Source: Chromera velia
Taxonomy: Eukaryota
Length of the DNA: 53,552 nt
Reading direction: 5' to 3'
NCBI GenBank assembly: GCA_018398765.1
Contig: JAHBMJ010000224.1
Span: 1 to 53,552 of the forward strand
Position 1 is the first letter of the stretch. Each line of letters starts with the position of its first letter. Below the pieces are notes generated by a model. The model was not told where the DNA came from, did no database searches, and worked only from the letters and a program-made list of their open reading frames with translations. Position numbers and translations under genes: made by a program. Below are positions 37,111 through 47,527 of the stretch, piece after piece.

Positions 37111-39213
37111 AAACGCTGGACCCATACGCGGTGAGCCTCTCCACAACATTTCAAAGCGAATACTACAGCATCCACAGCGACACACACTATATATATTAGA
37201 CAGTATTTTGTATCCCAAATCCTCAAGTGGAGGTAGAAGGAAGTCGAGAAACCAGGTGCTGAAGAACGACAAGAGGGGCCAAGTAGAGAGAAAGAAGATG
37301 GGCAAAAAGAGGTTCCTGCAGATCAAATTAACCGTTTTTCCTCTTTGTTAAGCACACTCAGTCGTGGTGCGGCTTACTCCTAACTCTGTAAGGCGACATA
37401 TCTTAACTTACCACTGAGCTTGGTAGTATAGTCAAACAACGGAGCAATTTAGAACAGCTTCACTTAGATGGTGTACTTTATCGCCTTCCTTAAAAACTAC
37501 ACAGATGATCGAATCTAGTATGTACAATTCCCCTCCATGTGTATTTTTGCATATGTACCGATAGATTAAGGTTAAACAAAAGGTGCATGTTCGCCATGCA
37601 TGCGCTGTACAGTTGCCGGAAAGCGCGGGTCCTGAAAGGCAAATGTAACCCGATTTATTGGTAATTCGACTTTTTTTTTCTATAGGTGCGGCTAAGGGCC
37701 TTAACAGATACTATGGCTGGGGGTCATGGCATGAAAGACGAGTGCTCTTGTATGAGAGGCCTGTAAATTGCTAAATTTGAAGAGGAACAGTTATTAAGCA
37801 CGCCAAATAGGAACACGTGCGCCTTTTACTGATTTGTGTGGTGAAGTTTCTGTGTTTTTCAAATTGTACAAGATCCAAAATCTGGGGACCAGAAAAAGAG
37901 GGCGTCTCAACGATCTAGCTCAACGATTTATCATCATTATCTGTTTATCATTTAATTATTCATTACTATTTATTCTAGATTTCGGTTTCAATGTTTATAT
38001 TGCATGTAAATTAAGTCGTAAAGTCGTAAACGTTTTTTCTAGTTTTTTTTTTTTGTTTATATAGATAGCTAGCGTATACTAGCGTGAGCTACTAGGATCA
38101 TGACAGCAAAAATTGTTGTATGTAAAAATAAGTGAAATATGTAATCTATAAGCCTTGCTAGTGGCTTAGAAATGATTGGGATTTGACATAGCTGAATTTA
38201 GGAGTTAATCTCAAATCATTATCATCAATAATTCATTAATGATTTAGCTATAGTGATAAAAATGAATCACAAAAATGATCTAGAAAATGATTTACCCTCA
38301 TAATTAAATTCATTGATTGAATGAATCTGATTAATTGATTGAGTGATTCATTATATACATGTGCCTATAAGTGCCGCAGTGAATAAAAAGTAAACGAAGT
38401 GTAAACAAACAATAAACAACCAAGTAAACAATATTAAACATATAGGTTTTTCCTTTACATTTCTTTACTTAATTTCTTTCACTTTTAAACAAAAACGTAT
38501 CTGAGAACTAGTTTGAGAAAAGGTTGTAAGCCTCAAAGTCAAGCATTAAGAGCAGAACTAAAGTTACTAAACTAGAAATGATGTCTTGATTAATATTTCA
38601 AAAGCTTACTTCAATGACGTATTATAATATCTAGATATATGAACAACTATTTTGTTCACTTTTCAGAGTGAACAAAAGGTGAAGAAACTCATGGGAACAA
38701 ACACTGAACAAACTACCAGAAATGAGGCGCTGTGGCTTGCCCAAAGAAGGGACTCGGATGGAATAAACGGAGGTGCCGTTCGTTCTGTCGTGAGGAGTCG
38801 TTGGCTAACAATAGCCAACGCATCAGCGGCGTACTGCGTTGACCCGTATCCTTGGATGCAATCCATGGATCGCTTGTCCACGGAGGCACGTGCTTTTGGC
38901 GAATACGCAGAGACGTGAATTTAGAAGCAAAGGACAATCACCACCACTGCTCCAGTGCCACCAGTCTTAGGTGAAAGCAAAGTGTCCACTAGGCCTGTCC
39001 ACCTACTCACCCATTGTTTCCTTCGCCCGCTGTCCTTCCATCCCTGAATGCAGAAGCGGATACACGCGTTCACATGTCCGTCTACGTCCATCTGTCCTTC
39101 GGAACGTGCCGCTGTTCACGACTCCACAAACTGTGAAAAACAATGTACCTGCCCACCCGACCACCCGTTCTAGGGTCACCACCATGCAGCATGCACCTGA
39201 CAGTTTCGATCAC

Positions 39214-40172
39214 TTAGCGCCCTGCTTGTGTGTACTTCGATGCCCCCGCTGCGTGACGGAGAGTGGGGATCTTGGTCCTCCTCCAATCGCTCCCTGCTGC
39301 CTTCTCACTCATGAAGTACACATCCCCAGGCCCCAGGTTTATCACCCGGTCCTCAAACTCCTCCATCACCCTCCCACCGTTGTACCACCTGAACACAATC
39401 GGCATTCGGGCCTCTCGTGAGAGACCCAGACGCACACCCACCACAACCCTCCTCTCCGTGTCCCCATGAAACCCGATGCCGTTCTTCTGCGGGTCCATGT
39501 ACACGTTTGTCTCGACGCGGAGAGTAGACTCACTCACAACGTGGGCAGGTACGCCTGCTGCCGCAAGAAGCCTCGCTATGTACTTCTGAACTGCGTGAGT
39601 GTGGGGGACGCCATTGAAGCCCACCACTGTTCCCTGACCAACCTCCAGACTCGCAGGGCGCCCGTCCCCAGGCTCGAAGCACAGATTGTACCTCGCATGC
39701 TTGTTAAGCACCTTTCCCCTCCTTCTGTCAAAAAACTGCTTGTCCGGATCAAGGCCGAACTGCTCCTCTGCGACTCCAGGAGCGATCAAGTTGATGAAGT
39801 TCCGAATCACCAAGATGTCAGCCCTGGGGACCTGAGGTGCCCTTGCGCGATCGGGTTGGGACATAGACTGGAAGGCTGTCGGGTGTGTGTGCTCTTCAGA
39901 GCTGACACATAAGACCGAGTTGTTCTAGGTCTCAATGCCTCTTCGACGTGTCCCTCTCTCCTGTCCAGGCGAATTAATTCAGTTGTGACCTGCGGGAAGG
40001 ACTTCTCAATTATCTCCTGGATGTTCCACAGGTGTTCGTTCTGGAGACCTGAGGAGGCCCTCTCTCCCAACTGTTCCATGCCCACGTGGTTCTCCGCACA
40101 CTCACCCAGGGTCATGGTGATGACGGGCTCCGCACCCGTGTAGGGACTTTGCATTGATTGGTTTCCTGACAT
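39214..40172 (-). CDS. 2OG-Fe(II) dioxygenase-like (AlkB-type fold) protein resembling a giant-virus family; split across two overlapping frames (intron or frameshift)
   Basis: ORF 40172-39807 has ITMTLGECAENHVGMEQLG. ORF 39864-39214 has GKVLNKHARYNLCF, NVYMD..KNGIGFHGDTERR, GDVYFMSEKAAGSDW and TLRHAAG, giving an HxD...H metal triad. The family assignment is from motif recall, not from a search. Confidence 0.7.
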
Positions 40173-40404
40173 TTCAGTGGAAGGGATTTAATTGTGTAAT
40201 GAGATTTGTTTCGTAAAACTCTGGCAACAACACTTCTTCAGAAAAGTGGGTTCCAGTAAGACTGATTAAGTAAACCTGAGTCCCAAAGAGTTACGTACAA
40301 TTGAGACACCGTTGAATTCTGTCTAAGTTGGTGTTTTTGTGCGTAAAGCAGCTGCACAGAAATTCCATTCACACAGAAATTGCATATATATATATATATA
40401 TATA

Positions 40405-40545
40405 TATGCATGCATCCATGGAATGGTGCGTGCATGCACTGAACCGATTATTCGCCTTCGAACCGCGCTCCGCGGCGCCGCGCCGGCGGCGGCTCGATCC
40501 GGACGTCCGGGCCTGGAACGGCGCGCCGCAGACCGATACATGCAC
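40405..40545. promoter_or_regulatory. Putative bidirectional promoter core
   Basis: TGCATGCA occurs twice, followed by GC-rich CCGCGGCGCCGCGCCGGCGG, between the divergent dioxygenase-like gene (-) and MYCBP (+). Confidence 0.5.
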
Positions 40546-40792
40546 GATCGAGTGTCAGGAAGTGTCAGATCAGAGTCCTTGATCTTCTGCTATGCTTGCA
40601 TGATGAATGACTTCAACAGGTAGTTCTTCAAAGCAGCAGACACAGCGATCCATTGAATCCGACCTTTGCCTGTCCTTTGATCATCGCTGCAAGCTCAGTG
40701 TATCTGCCTGGATCAGTCTGGATCTGTCGACTGTTGTTGAAAAACAGTCTGCCCGTCTGGTCTCTTGACTTGTTGACAGGTCATCCAAGAAA

Positions 40793-41617
40793 ATGAGTTA
40801 CGAAACTGCGGACGCACAGAAGGAAGAGTTCCGAAAGTACTTGGAGAAGAATGGGGTCATTCAGCAACTCACAAGAGTCAGTCGGTCGCCAGCCTAATGA
40901 AGGATCAATCAACAGCTTTGATTGTGTTGCAAGCAGTGTGAGGCTCTGCCGGCATTGGCACATGACGCGCCCTTCAGCCTCACTTTCCCTTTCTCCCTGT
41001 GCTCCCTCAGGTGCTGGTTGGGCTGTACGAGGAGCCTGAGAGGCCTTCAAACGCGATCGACTTCATCAAGAAGTTCCTCGGTGCCCCAATCGGTCAGCCG
41101 GAAGTTGACAATCTGCGTGTGTAAGTGTGTGTTGTTTGAAGGTTCTGTGCAGTCGCCCAGTGCCACCCTGCCCTTTCACTCTTTCAATTGCTGCTATTTA
41201 GTCTTTCGTTTAGAACCGTCGCCATGCTTAAGCTCAAGCTGCTTGCTTGGACCATGTCCGAAACTGGCACACAGACGCTACTTGGGCTTCTCTTCTTTCT
41301 CTCACCACTTTCGCCATCTTCTGTTCCTGTGTCCCTCCTTCACAGGCACTCCTGCTAGTCTGTTATCTTTCTTTCCTGCTTAGGCGCCCCTTCCTGTCTT
41401 GCTCCTGTCTGACCATCAAGAGAGGGAGAGTGAGTAAATATCTGTCCCCCCCCAATCCCCCCCTTATTCCATCCCTGCTGAGTTCCGTGCAGGCGTAGAC
41501 ATCGACGAGTTGCGAGCCGAGAACGAGGAGCTTAAGAGGAAAAACGACGAACTCCAAAGAAAGGTCGACGAGCTCCTTCAGCAACTGGAGCAGCTCCAGG
41601 CGGAGGACGACAAGTGA
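40793..41617 (+). CDS. MYCBP: c-Myc-binding protein (AMY-1) homolog, 96 aa; exons 40793-40876, 41011-41092, 41493-41617
   Basis: Spliced product MSYETADAQKEEFRKYLEKNGVIQQLTRVLVGLYEEPERPSNAIDFIKKFLGAPIGVDIDELRAENEELKRKNDELQRKVDELLQQLEQLQAEDDK. GT-AG introns have consistent phases, and the sequence matches the MYCBP signature FRxYLEKxGV..xLYEEPExP. Confidence 0.93.
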
Positions 41618-42084
41618 GAAAGTGGAGGAAGGAGACAAGGATCCTCTGCGAGTATTGCAAGGGGGGAGACTGAGTACATAGATGAATGAGAATTCAGTTG
41701 AATAAACGGAAGGAGCGAGGTGGATCAAGACTCGATTGGGAAGCAAACAAGCATGGGCGGAGGAAAGACAGTGCAGCCATCCGGCAGTCGGCACCAAGAG
41801 GGGGGCGTTTCATTGCTCTCTCCTCAGCAGTCTGTTTCCTTTCAGCTCCAGCTTCTTTGTCTCTGTCGCTGGAGGGAATTCACTCATTGATTTCAGGACC
41901 GATCGGGTGAAGGGAGGAGAGGAACGGGGACTGTTCGGCCCTTTTGTGGAGGCATCAGTGGATCGATGAGTAGAGCGGGTGGTATCTATGCAGACGAGGC
42001 ACTTGAGTGAAAGGGCAGACATTCACTTCACTTTCAGCAAACTAAGTTTCAATACGTAATCCGAGCCGGAAAGGTGCCACCGTT

Positions 42085-42226
42085 GCTCTTTCTCTCTCTC
42101 TCTCTTCCCCCCCCCCCCTCTCTCTCTGTGTGTGTGGTGTGTGTCTGCGTATGTCTGTGTCCGTCTAGTCTGTCTGTCTGTCATATAGTCTGTCTGTCTG
42201 TCATATAGTCTGTCTGTCTGTCCTTG

Positions 42227-42277
<51 letters not shown>

Positions 42278-42469
42278 TGAGTGGAAGCAGCAGAGGATTA
42301 ACGTGTGACCTCAGTGATCACGTGAAAGTCTGTCGGGAGGTGGAGAGGCAAGGGGCCCTTAACTCTCACCTTTCGGGCCCCCTGCCCACGCTGTTTGATT
42401 ATTGGTTCTGTTCTTTTGTCTTTGTTCTTTCTTTCTTTCTTTCTTTCTTTCTTTGTTTCTTTGTTTGTT

Positions 42470-42508
<39 letters not shown>

Positions 42509-42707
42509 CTCTGTCTGTTATGTACATGAAGAAAAGAAGGGAGAAAAAGAAACATATAGCCTGCCTGTCTGTCTGACTGTCTGTCTGTCACCTTTCGGGC
42601 CCCCTGCCCACTTTGTCTGATTTGTCGTGATGTTCTTTTGTCTCTGTTGCTTTCCTTCTTTTTGTCTGGTGTGCATGAAGAAGAGGAGGGAGAAGAAGAA
42701 ACGTATA

Positions 42708-42756
<49 letters not shown>

Positions 42757-42775
42757 GAAGAAGAAGAAACACATA

Positions 42776-42809
<34 letters not shown>

Positions 42810-43173
42810 TGTGTTCATGAAGAAAAGGAGGGAGAAGAAGAAGAAACATATAGTCTGTGTGTCTGTCTGTTCATGAAGAAAAGGAGGGAGAAGAAGAAAC
42901 ATATAGTCTGTCTCTCTCTCTCTCCTTCCCTCTCTCTCTTTGTGTGTGTGTGTGTACATATATATTAATCTATGTATATATGTGTGTGTGTCTAGGTGTG
43001 TCTAGGTGTGTGCGTGTGTGTGTGTATGCTATATATAAATTTTGTGTGTGTGTGTGTGTGTGTCTAGGTGTGTGTGTGTGTGTATCTAGGTATGTGTGTG
43101 TGTGTGTCTAGGTATCTAGGTGTATGTGTGCATGTGTGTGTGTGTATGTGTATGTATGTGTGCGTCTGTCGCA

Positions 43174-43204
<31 letters not shown>

Positions 43205-43230
43205 CGTCTGTCACAGTGTGTGTGTGTGTT
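42085..43230. repeat. Compound microsatellite tract: (CT)n, (TCTG)n, (TTTC)n, (TG)n with short local duplications
   Basis: Direct reading; repeated block CATGAAGAAAAGGAGGGAGAAGAAGAAACATATAGTCTG. Confidence 0.9.
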
Positions 43231-44637
43231 ACCGTGGGTGTATAGACGCCAGCGCTAAATGCTAGGCTAAATAAAACAATGTGAAACATTTAAGTAACAT
43301 CTTCAATCCAGTATGTCTTCAATGCAATTCAAATTCAATTCAATTCAATTCACTGTTAAGTTGAATTCAATGAATTCAATTTATACATTATATTCAAGTC
43401 TAGATTCAACCTAGGATTCAACTTATCATTCAAATTTAACTTATTCACTATTAATAGTCTATTATTCACTTAGTATAGATCCTATCCAAGCTATCCTAGT
43501 ATTAAAGTTCAATCTATAGTTGAATAGTAGCCATTGTGGGGGCGACCTCTATAAGACAAAACGGCGACAACGCTCTAGGGCACCACTAAATCAATTATCA
43601 CGTAAATCACTTATCACTTACAGTACAAAATTTTATTGTTGGTTGTATGTGTTTTTAGTAACTTTCTAGTATTTTAAGTCACAATCGAAACAATGTTAAG
43701 GTCTTCAACGATTATGTATGTTCTGTCACACAGTTTTGACTGTCATTCGCTGTCGGTACACGATGGCTGCCGGTCAAGTCCGAGTCGCATGATGAATCAT
43801 TGATGATGGGGAGGATCGATCGAGTTACGATTCGAGTACTACAATAAATAAGTGCAGGCCTACGCTGGCTACGTCATCGCCCTCTCCAACACTCCTCGAC
43901 TTCCAAGACTCCCGCATGAGTCCCGTACAGCACCCCGCCCCATCCCGCCCTCCCTGACCCTCTCCCCTTTTTCTTTTGTCAGCATGCTTGCATGTCTGAG
44001 AGATTGTCTACAAATCATGCATGTAGACGCATGCAAAAGCTGTCACAGCTACAGCTGTGAAAGCGCTGTTCACACTGCGTCTTGCAGCTTGAACAGCAGA
44101 AACAGAAAAAAAAAGATAAGTAAAAAGAGTTGACTTGAACGTATCGGAAAGGACCTTGAAAGAGCTGTATGCAGCTTCATGTTTCCTACATGGCCGAGCG
44201 AGAAGACACAGTCGTGGGACTTGACCCTCACTCCGCATTTGCATGTCTCTCTCCTATGTCTCTCTGTCCCTCAGGCAGGCATTCAAGTCGATGGCCCTCA
44301 TGCGACCATCAAATGAAACAAATTTGCAAGGACCAGATCGACGGCCCAGGAATCGAGAACACGAACTTCTTGAGATAGGAAAAGAATGTAAGCGGCTCCA
44401 ACTTAAAGGAAGCACACAGACTGTTCTGAGACTGTGCGACCTCTCTGGGCTCTCCGACATCCCCATCTTTCTCTTTCCCCTTCCTTCACTCAGCATCGCC
44501 CTTTCCGGCCTTCCACACCCACCAACACCCCCCCTCCTACTCTGATCCTTTCTGCCTCTTCCCAGCTTCCATCCCAACTAACAATGACTCGCGGCAATGA
44601 ATGCAGCAGCGTTCATTGTTACTCTCCTCACCCACCA

Positions 44638-46806
44638 TCAGGTCATCGTTCCCAGCATCACCGGTGTGCCGCTTCTCTTCGACTCCATCGTCACTTCCAA
44701 CCGGAGCGACCCCTCTGTGGACCTGGAGGCCTCGTTCCTCAGAGTCGAGAAGGGGGCGAAGGAGGCGATGCCGACTTCATGCCCCCTGCGCACTGTAGAG
44801 AACGGCACCCTGACAGTCTTCTGGACAACTTCCCTCCACTGCGCGTTCCGCAGCCCCATCAACTTGAACTTGACGTCGATGGTGTCGTTGCAATTGCATC
44901 CGTACCCCTTGTAGAAGTACACAGAAGAGATTCCGAGCGGTACGTTGCCCTTCGGGTAGACGACCAGCGTGAACTTTGTGTTCTGTACAGACAATTAAAA
45001 CAACACATACATGGAAGACTCATTGACAAAGCAGGACAAATGCATCATATGAAACAGCAGAGCGGCGTGAAGGCAAAGTTGGGTCTTAGACTTTCACTTT
45101 GAGCTTGTTCATCGATTTCTCCGTATGTGGTTTGTTGACAGGAAGGTCAGGAGCACAGAGAGCGGCGATAATCGATGAGCGACGGTCAAAAGGCACTCAC
45201 GGACAGTGCAGGGGGATCGAAAAAGCAAACTCAATTCTATGCTCAATGGTCGAGAATGGGGCGGTCATGCATTCAATCCTGGTTGTCAGATTCAGGCAAT
45301 TACCCTCTGAACACTTACAGGCAGTTTAGGCAAAGAAAGTCTGCGTAATTAAACAGGAGGTGGAAGGAACACATTGATCAATGCAGGTCGAGAAAAGGGC
45401 AAAGAGAACTAGGAGCAGGAGACGGAGAGGCGCACACAGCTACACATCTGCGTTAGTTCATTTAAATTTACCTTGAAGTAGATGTCGGGGCTCTCAAACT
45501 TTGTGTCACTTCGGAACGTTCCCGCCCCCCTCGCGAAGTCAGGAAGGCTCAGAACGAAGGTCAGAGAGTCTGCACATACAACCCGTAAACAAACAGACAG
45601 ACTTACTTACACCCACATTCCAATCGGAGAGGGACATGTGCACTTGACAATGTATGGAGAAGACAGCAGACAGGTCATGGAAAGAAGCGAAGCGAGCGGC
45701 ACAGAGTTTAATTCTGGAGAAACGGCAAAAAGGGTGAAGCGGAAGAAACATGAAAAACTCAGAAAGAAACCCTTGAAAGCACGTGGGTCCTTTCCTTTGT
45801 TCACGTATGTTCTTTCATTTGCTTCTGTCCGCGATTGTCCGCGCTTCTTCCTTTCTTTCGTTCTTTTTGTCTGTGGGTTTGTGGCTTTTGCAGACGAACC
45901 TTTCGAGTTCAGATTTCGGATCTCCTGGTCCTTCTGGTCGCGCTCCTCCTCCAGAAGTGCAAATTTGTTCTCAAGCTCCAGCTTGTCGGCCTTCAGCGTC
46001 GACAGGTCGGAAGAGAGCTGATCGCGTTGTGCAATGGCGTCAGTAAGTCTGTTCTTGTCCTTCTTTTCCTTCTTGCCCATCGCCTCCCTCTCCTTCAACA
46101 TTAGTTTCAGGTGTTTCGCACTCACTTTGGGGTCTGCGTCATTCACATGTACGTCAATTTCCTTTCTTTTGAGTGCTTTTCCACAGTGCGGAATCGGGCA
46201 CTTGGTTTTCTCTTCGGGGCAGTGGTCCTTCAAATGAGACTTCAATTCTGCCCGCGTGGTCTCAGTCCCGCAGGACTTTGGACACACGACGGGGAAGGAG
46301 GGACACGTCTTCAGGTGGGTGCTCATGGTGATGAAGGGGATCTGAGACTCGCAGTGCTCACACTCAACTGGGCGTCGGGGACACTTTTTCTGGCGGGCAG
46401 TCAGGGATCCTCTCTGCACTCTTTCATTGCACCCGGAGAAGCCGCAAGGGACTTCCTCCTTAGTGCAATTTTGTTCCAAGTGTTCCTGCAGCTGTGCAGA
46501 AGTGCCGGTGAAAGAGCAGTCCTTGTCCTTGTTTTTGCAGTGCCACTTCAAGGTGGCGATCATGTTCTTGACAACCAACGGCACCTGTCTGAGTTCGGTA
46601 AACTGTCCTCGACAGCAGGGACAAGGATCACCGGCCTGGAGGACTGGGTCAATACAATCAATGCAGAACATGTGGCCAGCAGGACAGTCGACTGTCTTTG
46701 GCTCTGTACTGAAGGAGAAACAGAGAGGACAGAAGAGCTCCCTCGCAACGTCCTTGTCAACAGCGAGGGAGGCGTTGAGGTTCTTCACAAACTCCTCCTG
46801 CGCCAT
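44638..46806 (-). CDS. TRAF-family protein: RING, TRAF-type Zn fingers, coiled coil and MATH-like domain; exons 46806-45900, 45569-45472, 44982-44638
   Basis: C3HC4 RING (CPLC...CPAGHMFCIDC...CPCC), repeated H-x3-C...C-x2-4-C fingers and a heptad region. In-phase splicing leads to FESPDIYFK|NTKFTLVVYPKG...SVYFY, a typical MATH pattern. Confidence 0.9.
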
Positions 46807-47194
46807 TTTTCTGTGACTGCTTTCCCTCAGATCTCTCTTCCTCAAATTGCTCTTCCTTCTTGGGCCTTCCTCTGAATCCCCAGAAAGAAGTGCAGCAGCA
46901 GATAGTGGATCACAACGTTCGACTGCTCAGTCTGACTGACTGAATGACAGCTAGGGTTGAAACTCTCACGCCAACGTCGGAACAAAAGGCTTTCTTTTAT
47001 CAACAGTAAATCAGCTACATCAGTCGATTCGTCGTATCAATACTGCCGTTAGTAGTACCAGTGTATACCAGTGCCTCCAGGATCTTGTATCGACGAGTAC
47101 TTCGAGAGATTTTGGAGATTGTTGAATCCGCAGTTACTTCCACTGATTTCGGTGACTTTCGTCGGAATGCAATTAAGGTTTCAATTTTCCCGCC

Positions 47195-47275
47195 AATGCA
47201 GCTTTGCGGGGCCGCGGCGCCACAAAAAGCTTCGCACCGCGAGGGCATGCGAGGGCCGCGGGTCGAAATTTAAGG
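47195..47275. promoter_or_regulatory. Putative bidirectional promoter core
   Basis: GC-rich stretch with GGCCGCGG twice and GCATGC, between the divergent TRAF (-) and secreted-protein (+) genes. Confidence 0.45.
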
Positions 47276-47527
47276 AGACGCCCGGAATTCGAGACGAAGT
47301 GTATCCTCTCCCTCAACAGAAAGAATATTGAAACTCCCTTTCTTTCTTCGTCAACCTATGGGCTCTTGCTCCAGCAGCGAAAGTAAACGGAAAAGAAAGA
47401 GTCAAAAGGGGTGACAAAGTATCGTAGTAAAGTCTTGCCGAAGAAAGAAACGAAGGAGTCAGACGGCATTTTGCCAAGGAACTGCACAGAGACGTTTCAC
47501 CTGACAATTTTCTTTCTCTCGGGAAAA

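Larger units (their letters stand above)
34525..37709. mobile_element. Non-coding dispersed element, copy B (3.2 kb), same orientation as copy A
   Basis: Colinear with 4019-7933 and has the same ends. Lacks the 500-bp insertion, carries a 239-bp insertion and has a shorter internal array. Confidence 0.8.

Noticed and set aside
36376..37134. 252-aa ORF and related ORFs in the internal array
   Set aside because: Translation of a G-poor tandem repeat; the frame is not conserved in copy A.
38652..38918. 88-aa ORF next to the viral-like gene
   Set aside because: Short, with no motif or splice support; cannot be called without a search.
43260..43720. AT-rich TTCAA-repeat tract as a defined transposon
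   Set aside because: No convincing TIR or TSD found by eye.
46111..46875. 254-aa plus-strand ORF
   Set aside because: Antisense shadow of the TRAF exon.
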